DNA from: Candidatus Pelearchaeum maunauluense
Lineage (GTDB): Archaea > Thermoproteota > Nitrososphaeria_A > Caldarchaeales > Caldarchaeaceae
Length of the DNA stretch: 64,000 bases
Assembly: GCA_030059675.1 (NCBI GenBank)
Contig: JANVYQ010000001.1
Location: 64,001-128,000, forward strand
Reading direction: 5' to 3'
Part shown: one piece after another, positions 10,335-20,207 of the stretch
Numbering within the stretch: position 1 is the stretch's first letter
Layout: each line of letters begins with the position of its first letter
Notes under the pieces: generated by a model
Seen by the model: the letters and a program-made list of their open reading frames with translations, nothing else
Database searches by the model: none
What the model was told of the DNA's origin: nothing
Position numbers and translations under genes: made by a program

Positions 10335-11135
10335 ATGGCTGGCGCGGTTGAGCGGCTCTCCACGGGCGTTGCTGGGATAGACGCGATGCTTGAACGAGGA
10401 ATACCACGCGGCTTTCTGGTTGCTGTAACGGGGGAACCTGGATGCGGTAAGACGATATTCTCAATACACTTCATAAATCGCGGGATAGAGGAGAAGGATA
10501 AGTGCATCTACGTAACCACTGAGGAGTCGCGCGAGTCCATAGTGAAGCAGGCGGCTCAGTTTAACATGGATTTTGAGACGGCGGTAAAGGAGCGTAGCCT
10601 GATTATCATAGACGCCTTGATGGGGCGTGAGGATAGGTGGTCTCTTAACTCGCTTGATGTGGAGACTCTTGTGAGTAAGATTGTTGAAGCCAAGAAGGAG
10701 CTGGGATATGGGAGGGCTCGTGTAGTTGTTGACTCGCTCTCAGCATTCTGGCTGGACAAGCCAGCCATGGCTAGGCGCTACTCATACTACGTGAAGAAGG
10801 TTCTGTCAAAGTGGGACTTCACGATGCTGGCCATTAGCCAATATGCGATAACCACGTCAGACGCGTTCGGCTTCGGTATAGAGCATATAGCTGATGGTAT
10901 CATAAGGTTTAGGAGGGCTGTTAGGGATGGTGTTCTCAAGCGGTATATCCTAGTGGAGAAGATGCGCCAGACGAATCATAGTACGCGGGTGCATGAAATA
11001 GCGATAAAGCCAGGTGTGGGGCTGGTTGTTGAGGAGAAGTTAGAAGCTGGCCGTGAGGATTACTCTCTACCTTCTGAGGTTATGGGGAGGATTGTTGCTG
11101 CAAAGAAGAAGGCTGAGAGGTCGCTTCCTCCTTAG
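10335..11135 (+). CDS. Single-domain KaiC-like (RecA superfamily) ATPase
   Basis: RLSTGV.GID, GEPGCGKT, YVTTEE, VVDSLS, EHIADGII, EKMR.T.H. Confidence 0.9.
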   Translation: MAGAVERLSTGVAGIDAMLERGIPRGFLVAVTGEPGCGKTIFSIHFINRGIEEKDKCIYVTTEESRESIVKQAAQFNMDFETAVKERSLIIIDALMGREDRWSLNSLDVETLVSKIVEAKKELGYGRARVVVDSLSAFWLDKPAMARRYSYYVKKVLSKWDFTMLAISQYAITTSDAFGFGIEHIADGIIRFRRAVRDGVLKRYILVEKMRQTNHSTRVHEIAIKPGVGLVVEEKLEAGREDYSLPSEVMGRIVAAKKKAERSLPP

Positions 11136-11523
11136 GATGCTCTTTACCAGCCTCAGAGGCGGTAGTCGCTGCGGGTTTTGATATCCTCGCCACTACTTGG
11201 AGAACTATGGCGGCAACTACAGCACCCCATAGGATATAGCCGTCTAAGCCAAAACCACCAGCGAGGCTGGGAGCGGTCATCATAATGAGCGTGAGCAGCA
11301 CCATTCCAGCCACTCCGAGTATGCCGCATATTCTTGCATAGCTTCCTAGGATACCAGCTATAGCCAAGAGCGCGGACGAGGCTATAATCAGTATAGCGGT
11401 CATCCCAGCGGAGACGCCGCCAGCTCTAAACGCGCCCATCCCAGCGTCGGAGAGAACCAGCGAGTAAAGAGAGTAGCTTGAGCCACTCCATATTGGAAGG
11501 TTGAACAAAGCTATGAGAAGCAC
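11080..11523 (-). CDS. Hypothetical multi-TM membrane protein (start uncertain)
   Basis: Hydrophobic ORF; the frame stays open about 60 nt further upstream without a clear ATG. Confidence 0.5.
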   Translation of the reverse strand: MLLIALFNLPIWSGSSYSLYSLVLSDAGMGAFRAGGVSAGMTAILIIASSALLAIAGILGSYARICGILGVAGMVLLTLIMMTAPSLAGGFGLDGYILWGAVVAAIVLQVVARISKPAATTASEAGKEHPKEEATSQPSSLQQQSSP

Positions 11524-11690
11524 GAAGCCTATAGCAGTACCAGCGAGTATCGTTATACGCGCACCGAGCGTAATGCGGTTCTATAGCAATCCTAGATAAA
11601 TCTTTAAAGACGACTCATAACGTATTAACAATCTGCCTGATTTTTATGAAGTCTTTTTATTAGCGCTTCTGCATAAATCATGATTTAAGC

Positions 11691-12692
11691 ATGAGGACGC
11701 TGCTTCTCACGCATTCCGACGTTAAGAAAGTTCTCTCGGACATGGGGCGTGTTATTGAGGTTGTGGAGACAGCGTTTAGGGATAAGGGGCTTGGGAAGGT
11801 TCAGATGCCAGCTAAGGTGTATCTAAACTTCAGCAAATACAACGGCGACCTACGTGCCATGCCATCATACCTGGAGAGCCTAGACATAGCCGCCGTAAAG
11901 ATAGTAAATTCACACCCAGACAACAGGAAGCTACACGGCCTCCCCACAGTAATGGCCGTTTTGACACTCGTTGACCCGCGCACAGGGTTCCCACTAGCCA
12001 TAATGGACGGGACGTTCCTCACGAGCATGCGCACAGGCGCGGCTGGCGGTGTTGCGGCAAAATACCTCGCCAACCCAAAGCCGCGGACAGTAGCCATGAT
12101 AGGCGCTGGGACACAGGCACGCACACAACTAAACGCCCTCATGACAGTATTCAAAACCATAGAGACGGTCAAGGTTTACGACATCTCACAAGCAGCGGCG
12201 CGCTCATACATAGATGAGATGAGCAGACAGTATTCAGGCGTGGATTTCATCATGGCCGAGAATCCCTCAGAGGCAGTGAAGTCAGCTGACATAATCACCA
12301 CAACAACACCATCCAAGTCTCCCATAGTGAGTGCATCAGCGGTTGAGGAGGGGATGCACTTCAACTGCATAGGAGCAGACGCCCCAGGAAAAGAAGAGCT
12401 AGACCCAGAGATACTGAAGAGAGCCAAGATAGTGGTAGATGATTTTGAGCAGGGAATCCACGGGGGAGAGGTTAACGTCCCGATATCCAGGGGGATCATA
12501 AGACGCGAAGACATCTATGGAGAGCTTGGCGAGATAATAGCTGGGCTGAAGGCTGGAAGAGAGAAGGAAAACGAGATAACAGTGTTCACCTCAACTGGCT
12601 TGGCTATACAAGACGCTGTTACAGCCAAGCTGGTCTACGACCTGGCCCGCGAGCAGAATATAGGAATGACCTTGGATATTGTTGGAGTGTAG
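11691..12692 (+). CDS. Archaeal alanine dehydrogenase (ornithine cyclodeaminase/mu-crystallin family)
   Basis: VQMPAKVY, GDLRAMP, KIVNSHP.N, RTGAAG, IGADAPGK.E, STGLAIQD. Confidence 0.88.
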   Translation: MRTLLLTHSDVKKVLSDMGRVIEVVETAFRDKGLGKVQMPAKVYLNFSKYNGDLRAMPSYLESLDIAAVKIVNSHPDNRKLHGLPTVMAVLTLVDPRTGFPLAIMDGTFLTSMRTGAAGGVAAKYLANPKPRTVAMIGAGTQARTQLNALMTVFKTIETVKVYDISQAAARSYIDEMSRQYSGVDFIMAENPSEAVKSADIITTTTPSKSPIVSASAVEEGMHFNCIGADAPGKEELDPEILKRAKIVVDDFEQGIHGGEVNVPISRGIIRREDIYGELGEIIAGLKAGREKENEITVFTSTGLAIQDAVTAKLVYDLAREQNIGMTLDIVGV

Positions 12693-12805
12693 AATTGTGT
12701 ATGAATTGGAAATGTTTTGGGAATTAGGTTAAATCTCCAACCCAATAATGGGAGTTGGCTGAAGGCTAATTACTGCATGGCGCAGCTGCTACAGGTGATT
12801 GGGAG

Positions 12806-13453
12806 TTGGTGACGGAGCTGCGGGGAGGGCTAGTTGCTGGCATAACCGCTGGCGCAGTAGCTATAGCGCTCTCATACGCTCTACGCATGACATTCTGCGC
12901 TGTTTTCCTCCCAGAGATAGCAGCACAGACATTATTCACACTAACACCAAGCGAGATTGAATCTCAGCTAGTAACATCACTAGGATACTTAGCAAAATAC
13001 TCAGCGATAGCGGGATCCGTAATAGTTAATCTCATAATCTAAGGCCTTCTGGGTAGGTTCTTAATCGGCGTTTCAAGTAGTGTTGATACACGATTCGAGA
13101 ATCTGAAGCCACTAATTTACTCCACCGCTTCATTCCTGCTATTCTTCACAATAGCGCTGGTTCTTATCGGCTTAACCGAGATTATCACAACACCAGCCGA
13201 CACGGCAACCATAGCTCTACAAATGATAATCCCCAACATAGCTTATGGCTACCTACTGCACGGAGCCGCGACGCTACAAGCAAAGCCGCGTAGAATAGTG
13301 TGCGAGGCGAGGCTCGGCCAGGAGGCCAGCTACCGTAGGAGGCTTTTCATAAAAACCGCGCCGATAACAGTTGTGGCAGCTACGCTGGCCGTATATAGCT
13401 TAGCGACACTTCTCGCATCACGGCAACCCAACAAAACTGTGGGAAACATATAA
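12806..13453 (+). pseudogene. Truncated membrane protein with in-frame stop; resembles the N-terminal membrane part of sulfite-oxidase-family molybdoenzymes
   Basis: ORFs 12806-13042 and 13223-13453 share a frame and are separated by one TAA (13040-13042); TM helices, then an RRRLFI Tat-like motif, then truncation. Confidence 0.55.
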
Positions 13454-13767
13454 GCGCAGCAAGGCGACGATTTATTCAAAACACCCATAGTATCTAAAAT
13501 CGCTGAGTATGAGGTAATTCTACGGTTGGGTTCGGCTGGTTTTTGTACGACTTGTCTGGCATTGGCTGGCTGTGGGGGTGATTTTAGCTGCTCTACAAAC
13601 CGCTTTAGTGTCTCCTCATCAGCTTGTGCGAATATGGCTACCGAGCCGTCTGGCATGTTCTCCACATATCCAGAGACACCAAGCTCATGAGCTAGCTCCA
13701 GCACATAGCGCCTATACCCAACACGCTGTACACCGCCCAAGACGCGGATAGTAAGAGCTCACAACAA
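13330..13767 (-). pseudogene. Acylphosphatase-family gene, degraded
   Basis: GGVQRVGYR..GYVENMPDGSV motifs; upstream frame reads TTG TTG TGA GCT CTT ACT ATC CGC GTC (in-frame TGA); C-terminus does not match the paralog at 50373. Confidence 0.65.
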
Positions 13768-13809
13768 ACCAGCAATAGAACAACACTACAACCTATATAG
13801 CGTTGTCGT

Positions 13810-13913
13810 TGGTGGGGCCGCCCGGATTTGAACCGGGGACCTCGCGGGCCTTAGCTCCCCCTCTCTATCTGTGGGCCGAGCCGCGTATCATAGCCATGCT
13901 AGACCACGGCCCC
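13810..13913 (-). tRNA. tRNA-Pro(CGG) with 26-nt intron at non-canonical position 35/36 and encoded CCA
   Basis: GGGGCCG acceptor stem and GTTCAAATC T-loop; nearly identical to the intronless tRNA-Pro at 57750; removing 13851-13876 restores the loop CT-CGG-GC; BHB motif present. Confidence 0.93.
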
Positions 13914-13949
13914 TGATATGCGTTGATGTCTTCTGGTATATTTGTTTGA

Positions 13950-14708
13950 TTATTCTATTCTTGGCGCTATTAGGTATTCCAGCTTTCCTGAGGGGATTGG
14001 GAAGGCTAGCTTTATGGGCCTGTTGGTGGATAGCTCTATTACCGTCTCGTCTGCTAGGCTCTTTCCTGGCTTTATTATCTTCTCCAAGTAGGTGAGGCTG
14101 AAGTTGGCGCTCACTTCCTTGTCGGTCTCTATCTCGTATACCGCCGTGCCACCTCTTATGAACCGCGTCTGATGCGTGCCCAGCTCGCCTTTGCTTGAGA
14201 ACATAACAGCGTCGGGAGCTATTGTTACTTTGGTGTAGTCGCTTACTAGTGATGCGTCCTCTATAGCGTCTTTAAGCGCGTCCGCGTTTACCCGCGCCCG
14301 CGCCTCGAAGGTAAGGTTTGGCGTAGCTGTTTTTCCTGTAGCCGTCTCTAGAGCGTTTAGTGTGAAGCTTCTCTCGGTTGAAGCGGCTGGATTGGCGAGT
14401 ATGACCGTCAGGTTCTTCTTCTCGTCATCATACTCCAGTATGAGCGACTCATTCTTCCTAGCGCGACTCAGCAGTTTATACAGCTCGTTTATGCTGACAG
14501 TCATCTCAACTGGCCTCTCACAGCTATACTCCTCTGCGGCAGACTTGCTAAGCTCAAAATTCACCAAGCTAATGTGGGCTGGGTCCATCGAGGTAAGCCG
14601 CATGGATGAGCCGTCTATGGTGAATGTTCCCTCCTCTACTACCGCTGAGATTGCCTTGACTAGGTCTGCGAAGTAGTCCGCTGATGGTAACCTCATGCGA
14701 AACGCCAT
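13950..14708 (-). CDS. pcn: DNA polymerase sliding clamp PCNA
   Basis: MDPAHISLV, FSLTYL.K, P.KL, EYLIAPRIE. Confidence 0.96.
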   Translation of the reverse strand: MAFRMRLPSADYFADLVKAISAVVEEGTFTIDGSSMRLTSMDPAHISLVNFELSKSAAEEYSCERPVEMTVSINELYKLLSRARKNESLILEYDDEKKNLTVILANPAASTERSFTLNALETATGKTATPNLTFEARARVNADALKDAIEDASLVSDYTKVTIAPDAVMFSSKGELGTHQTRFIRGGTAVYEIETDKEVSANFSLTYLEKIIKPGKSLADETVIELSTNRPIKLAFPIPSGKLEYLIAPRIE

Positions 14709-14932
14709 AACACTACCCCGACTGTTTTGTTAGTGTTTGTGTATCTGGTTCTTAAAAGGCTAACGGAGTCTGGCCTAGCTCGCGGGGTTGGCCAGGCCCT
14801 CTGCCTTCTCCAACAGTCAACGCCGCGTGTTCTCAGGTTATGACTCTGAGATTATGTTTGGGTGCGTTGGCCATCTAACGGATATATGCACGCAGTTGGG
14901 CTAGGCGGCCTGGAATGCGCGTGTAGCTAGGT

Positions 14933-15349
14933 ATGAGGAGCTCTAGGCGGCGTATCAAGCTGGAGATGGTGAATGAGGAGGGCGAGAGGCTTACGCTGAT
15001 ATTTGAGGGTAGGATGAGCCGCGAGAAGCTTCTCCAGCTAGCGGACTTCATGGAGCTCTATGGAGGCGAGAGCGGGGCTAGGCAGAGGCCGTCCAACAAG
15101 CTGTCGCGCCTAATCGCAGTTATAGAGAAGCACTTCCCATTCACGGGCTTCACAACCCGCGATGTTATGGAGGCGTATAGGCTTGAGTACCGCGAGCCGA
15201 TAACGCTCAGCACAGCATCAACCTACCTCTCCCGTCTAGCTGACCGCGGCTATCTAGAGCGTATAGCCGTGGGAAACATAGCCAAGTATAGATTGGTCAG
15301 CAGCGTCGAGAGGCGGGGCGGAATAGACCTGGAGGAGATTGGCAGTTAG
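14933..15349 (+). CDS. Conserved hypothetical protein with C-terminal winged HTH
   Basis: FTTRDV..Y...Y..PITLSTASTYLSRL..RGYLER; divergent from PCNA. Confidence 0.7.
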   Translation: MRSSRRRIKLEMVNEEGERLTLIFEGRMSREKLLQLADFMELYGGESGARQRPSNKLSRLIAVIEKHFPFTGFTTRDVMEAYRLEYREPITLSTASTYLSRLADRGYLERIAVGNIAKYRLVSSVERRGGIDLEEIGS

Positions 15350-15365
15350 ATAAGAAAAAGGGAGA

Positions 15366-18020
15366 TTATATCGTTATTGGTGCTTTCTCCTTCCGCGCTA
15401 TTGCAGCCTGCGCAGCTGCTAGGCGCGCTACTGGTATTCGGTAGGGTGAGCAGCTTACGTAGTCAAGACCTGCTTCGTGGAAGAACCTTATACTACTCGG
15501 CTCTCCGCCGTGTTCGCCGCATATACCTACTTCAAGCTTGTTGTTGGCTTTCTTGCCCTCTTCTGTAGCGAGCTTTACGAGCCTACCCACGCCGCCTGTG
15601 TCTAGCACCTCAAACGGGTTGTTCTTGAGAATCCCTTTCTCCAGATAGCCAGCCATGAACTTGGCCTCAACATCATCACGACTAAAGCCGAAGGTCGTCT
15701 GGGTTAAGTCGTTAGTCCCGAATGAGAAGAAGTCAGCGTGGAGGGCTATGCTGGAAGCGGTAAGCGCTGCTCTTGGGGTCTCTATCATGGTCCCGACCTT
15801 GAACGGTATCCTAGCGCCAGTCTTGGAGAAGACACGCTCAGCGGTCTTCTCTATAATCTCCCTCAAATACGCGAGCTCATTCGCCTCGCTGACTAGAGGT
15901 AGCATTATCTGAACTCCAACGGTCTCGCACTCCTCGCGAAGCACCTCTATGGCTGCTGTGAGTATTGCTGTTACCTGCATCTCGTATATCTCTGGATACC
16001 TAATCGCCAGCCTGCATCCGCGATGCCCTAGCATGGGGTTATGCTCCTTAAGCTGCTGCACCTTACGTAGTATCTTTTCCTTCTCAGCTATCTCGCTCTC
16101 AGGCGCTCCCTTGATGCGCATCTCGTATATCTCGGTTATTAGCTGCTCCGCTGGTGGGAGGAACTCGTGGAGAGGCAGGTCTAGGAGCCTCACGGTAACG
16201 GGCAGCCCCTTCATGGCCTTGAATATCTCCTTGAAGTCCGCTAGCTGGAATGGTAGTAGCTTGTCTAGTGCCCGTCTCCTCTCCTCTTCTGACGCTGCCA
16301 TTATCATCTCTCTGACTATCGGCAGTCTCTCTGGCTGGTTGAACATCCTCTCGGTTCTGCACAGCCCTATACCCTCAGCGCCAAACTCGCGCGCCTTGCG
16401 CGCTGCTTCTGGTGTGTCAGCGTTAGCCCTGACGCCGAGACGCCTCATCTCGTCAGCCCACGCAAGGAGCTTACGGAACTCTGGCGTAAGCTCAGGCTCT
16501 ACTGTCGGCACCTCGCCGAGGATGACAGCGCCGCTAGTACCGTCTATCGTTATGACGTCCCCCTTCCTGACCCTAACGCCGCCCCCCGTCTCGAAGTATT
16601 CTTCCTCCATGTTGATTTTTATGCTCTCGCAGCCTACGACCGCTGGCTTGCCCATACCGCGCGCAACCACCGCCGCGTGCGAGGTCATTCCTCCCCTGCT
16701 CGTCAATACTCCCTGAGCAGCTATCATACCCTTGATGTCATCGGGCGTGGTCTCAGGCCTGACGAGGATTACTTTCTCACCCTTACCCCCCAGAGCGGCG
16801 GCCTCGTCCGTGTCGAAGATTACTTTCCCTGAAGCAGCGCCAGGCGAGGCGTTGAGTCCTTTTGCTATGGGCTTCACCTTCACGCTGGGGTCTAGCCTCC
16901 TGTGCAGGAGCTGCATAATCTCCGACGGGTTTATCCGCGATACAGCCTCCTCGCGCGTTATCAGCCCCTCCTCAGCCATGTCTACGGCTATCTTAACAGC
17001 AGCCTGCGCTGTTCTCTTACCGTTGCGGGTTTGGAGTAGGTAGAGCCTACCATTCTCCACGGTGAATTCGAAGTCCTGCATATCGCGGAAATGATGCTCC
17101 AGCTTCTCCGCCAGCTTAACGAGCTCTTCATACAGCTTCTTATCTAGGTTCTCTATGCTTATCGGCGTCCTAATCCCAGCCACCACATCCTCGCCCTGCG
17201 AGTTGGGCAGATACTCACCATACAGCCTCTTCTCACCCGTCGATGGGTTACGCGTAAAGCCCACACCCGAGCCAGAGTTCTCACCCATGTTGCCGAAGAC
17301 CATGACCTGTATATTGACAGCCGTACCTAGGTCGTCTGGAATCTTGTAGAACCTCCGATACTCGCGTGCCCTTGGGTTGTTCCATGACTTGAAGACAGCT
17401 TCTATCGCTGTCTCGAGCTGTTTCCAAGGGTCTTGCGGGAATCCTCTACCCGTTTCGCGGCTTATGAGCTGCTTGAACTCTTCGACTATCTGTTTAAGAG
17501 CGTCTGGCGGTAGCTCTATGTCGTGCTTCACGCCGAACTTCTGCTTGTAGCGTTCTAGTATTTCCTCGAAGAGCTCGCCCTTAACTCCCATGGCTGTCTT
17601 GCCGAACATCTGTATAAGCCGTCTGTATGCATCGTACGCGAATCGCTCATTACCCGTTAGCTTTGCTAGTGATTTGACTACCTCGTCGTTGAGCCCTATG
17701 TTGAGTATTGTGTCCATCATGCCTGGCATGGAGTAGGGGGCGCCAGACCTTACCGCTAGGAGGAGAGGCTTCTCAGGGTCGCCGAACCCCTTACCAACCT
17801 TCGCAGCCAACTTCTCCAGCTTGAGCTTGACCTCATCCAACAGGCCTTCAGGCATCTTACCTCCGAGAGCATAGTAGCGTTTGCAGGCTTCGGTGCTGAT
17901 GTTTATTCCAGGTGGAACTGGGAGGCCGAGAGCAGTCATCTCCACAAGACCATAACCCTTACCCCCCAGCTCAAACCTGCTAAGACCCACCGCCTCCTCA
18001 AACAGCCTAACATATTTCAT
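15366..18020 (-). CDS. ppdK: Pyruvate, phosphate dikinase
   Basis: LGGKG, VRSGA..SMPGMMDT, GGMTSHAAVVAR, GIGLCRTE, SFGTNDLTQ, GICGEHGG. Confidence 0.97.
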   Translation of the reverse strand: MKYVRLFEEAVGLSRFELGGKGYGLVEMTALGLPVPPGINISTEACKRYYALGGKMPEGLLDEVKLKLEKLAAKVGKGFGDPEKPLLLAVRSGAPYSMPGMMDTILNIGLNDEVVKSLAKLTGNERFAYDAYRRLIQMFGKTAMGVKGELFEEILERYKQKFGVKHDIELPPDALKQIVEEFKQLISRETGRGFPQDPWKQLETAIEAVFKSWNNPRAREYRRFYKIPDDLGTAVNIQVMVFGNMGENSGSGVGFTRNPSTGEKRLYGEYLPNSQGEDVVAGIRTPISIENLDKKLYEELVKLAEKLEHHFRDMQDFEFTVENGRLYLLQTRNGKRTAQAAVKIAVDMAEEGLITREEAVSRINPSEIMQLLHRRLDPSVKVKPIAKGLNASPGAASGKVIFDTDEAAALGGKGEKVILVRPETTPDDIKGMIAAQGVLTSRGGMTSHAAVVARGMGKPAVVGCESIKINMEEEYFETGGGVRVRKGDVITIDGTSGAVILGEVPTVEPELTPEFRKLLAWADEMRRLGVRANADTPEAARKAREFGAEGIGLCRTERMFNQPERLPIVREMIMAASEEERRRALDKLLPFQLADFKEIFKAMKGLPVTVRLLDLPLHEFLPPAEQLITEIYEMRIKGAPESEIAEKEKILRKVQQLKEHNPMLGHRGCRLAIRYPEIYEMQVTAILTAAIEVLREECETVGVQIMLPLVSEANELAYLREIIEKTAERVFSKTGARIPFKVGTMIETPRAALTASSIALHADFFSFGTNDLTQTTFGFSRDDVEAKFMAGYLEKGILKNNPFEVLDTGGVGRLVKLATEEGKKANNKLEVGICGEHGGEPSSIRFFHEAGLDYVSCSPYRIPVARLAAAQAAIARKEKAPITI

Positions 18021-18136
18021 AAAGTACCGCCGAGTAATGATTGAACTATGTAGAATTTAAGTGATGTAGCGAAATTTCCGTTATTTACATAAGCTAATTT
18101 ATCACGGTTACCGGATGGGATTAAAATATATACAGT

Positions 18137-20071
18137 CTATTGCTGTTTCCGCGTAAGAGTCTTAATCGCCTCCTTAACCTCTTCTACGGAGGCCTCGTCC
18201 TCAAGCGTGGTTACATCGCCTATCTCGGCGCCTGTGGCCACTGCCTTTATGACGCGGCGCATTATCTTCCCGCTCCTCGTCTTGGGCAGCATGCTGACGA
18301 AGTGTATCTCCTCAGGCGTGGCTATAGGACCTATGACGCGCCTGACATGCTCGCGGAGCTCCCTGGCCAGCTCCTCAGATGGCTTATGGCCCTGCCTGAG
18401 GGTTACGAATGCTATTATCGCCTCGCCCTTTACTGGGTCTGGTCTTCCAGCCACAGCAGCCTCGGCCACCGCTGGATGGCTTGTCAACGCGTCCTCAATC
18501 TCGATTGTTCCAAGCCTGTGTCCAGCCACCTTTAGAACCTCATCAGCCCTCCCCAGAAGCCAGAAGTAACCATCCTTATCCCTCATGGCATAGTCGCCAG
18601 GATAGTATATCCCTGGGAAGCGCGACCAGTAGACCTGCTTATAGCGTTCGGGGTCTTTGTATAGTGTCATGAGCATCCCTGGCCAGGGCTTCTTGATTAC
18701 CAGGTATCCTTTCTCGCCCAGCTTCGAGGGCCTGCCCTGCTCATCCACCACGTCGGCCTCGATTCCTGGTAGTGGGAATGTTGCGGAGCCTGGCTTGAGC
18801 GGGACTAGGCCTATGTTAGGCGCTGGTGATATTAATATCCCGCCAGTCTCGGTCTGCCACCACGTATCAACTATCGGGCACCTGCCTCCGCCTATCACGT
18901 TATAATACCAGTGCCACGCAGCTGGGTTTATCGGCTCCCCCACGGTTCCGAGAAGTCGGAGCGTGCTCAAATCATGCTTACGCGGATACTCCTCACCAAA
19001 CTTCATTAAAGCCCTTATAGCGGTTGGAGTGGTGTAGAGTATCGTAACACCGTAGCGTTCTACAATCTCCCACCACCTATCGGGAGCAGGATAGTCGGGA
19101 GCGCCTTCATACATCACCGAGGTAACGCCGTTGGTCAGGGGGCCGAAGACGATGTAGCTATGGCCTGTAACCCAGCCTATGTCGGCGGTGCACCAGTATA
19201 CGTCGTCATCCCTCACGTCGAACACCCAGCGCTGCGTCGCATAGACGTACACTAGGTATCCCCCAGTGCTGTGCACCACGCCCTTCGGCTTGCCTGTGGT
19301 TCCAGAGGTGTAGAGTATGTAGAGCGGGTACGTGGATTCCAGGGAGACTGGCTCAACATACCGTTCAGCGTCCTTCATCAACTCGTGCCACCAGTGGTCG
19401 CGGCCTTCTTCCATCTGAATCTCACGTCCTATGCGTTGGTAGATGATTACATGCTCTATTGATGGGCAGTCCTTCAGGGCTTCGTCTGCTATCTCCTTTA
19501 GCTGTATCATGCGGCCGCGCCTATAGCCCCCGTCTGCCGTTATGAGGACTTTGGCCTCGGAGTCTCTTATCCTGTCAGCCAGCGCTGAGGAGCTGAAGCC
19601 TGAGAAGACTACGGTAAAGGTGGCGCCTATACGCGCGGCTGCGAGCATGGCTATTGGGAGCTCTGGGACCATCGGCATGTATATCGCCACCCTGTCTCCC
19701 GTCTTGACGCCCAGCTTGAGAAGCACGCTGGCGAACCTATTGACCTCGCGGTATAGGTCTGCGTATGTTAAGACGCGTCTATCTCCTGGCTCTCCCTCCC
19801 AGATGATTGCTGCCTTATTCTTCCTCCAGCTCTTTACATGCCTATCAACAGCGTTGTATGAGGCGTTAAGCCTTCCTCCCACGAACCACTTGGCGAAAGG
19901 CGGGTCCCACTCAAGCACTTTATCCCATGTCCTGAACCAGACAAGCTCTGAAGCTACCTCAGACCAGAACCTCTCCCCATCCTCAAGGGAGCGCTTGTAA
20001 AACTCCAGATACTTGTTAGTTGGAATTATGCGCGCCTCAACATCTATACTCCCCAAATCAACGGCGCACAT
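18137..20071 (-). CDS. acsA: AMP-forming acetyl-CoA synthetase
   Basis: [36 protein letters not shown]. Confidence 0.96.
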   Translation of the reverse strand: MCAVDLGSIDVEARIIPTNKYLEFYKRSLEDGERFWSEVASELVWFRTWDKVLEWDPPFAKWFVGGRLNASYNAVDRHVKSWRKNKAAIIWEGEPGDRRVLTYADLYREVNRFASVLLKLGVKTGDRVAIYMPMVPELPIAMLAAARIGATFTVVFSGFSSSALADRIRDSEAKVLITADGGYRRGRMIQLKEIADEALKDCPSIEHVIIYQRIGREIQMEEGRDHWWHELMKDAERYVEPVSLESTYPLYILYTSGTTGKPKGVVHSTGGYLVYVYATQRWVFDVRDDDVYWCTADIGWVTGHSYIVFGPLTNGVTSVMYEGAPDYPAPDRWWEIVERYGVTILYTTPTAIRALMKFGEEYPRKHDLSTLRLLGTVGEPINPAAWHWYYNVIGGGRCPIVDTWWQTETGGILISPAPNIGLVPLKPGSATFPLPGIEADVVDEQGRPSKLGEKGYLVIKKPWPGMLMTLYKDPERYKQVYWSRFPGIYYPGDYAMRDKDGYFWLLGRADEVLKVAGHRLGTIEIEDALTSHPAVAEAAVAGRPDPVKGEAIIAFVTLRQGHKPSEELARELREHVRRVIGPIATPEEIHFVSMLPKTRSGKIMRRVIKAVATGAEIGDVTTLEDEASVEEVKEAIKTLTRKQQ

Positions 20072-20207
20072 ATCAAGGCTTTTACATAATCGTATGTGAT
20101 GGATAAATTTTTCCAGCGTAATTGCGGATATTATGGGCTTTAAGATGCTAATTAGACGGTGGTCTAGACACCCTGCTCAATAAATAAGAAGGAGGGGGAT
20201 TATTGGT

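Noticed and set aside
10335-11135. Circadian KaiC or RadA recombinase
   Set aside because: Single RecA-like domain with no KaiA/KaiB and no RadA N-terminal HhH domain; ordinary archaeal KaiC-like family
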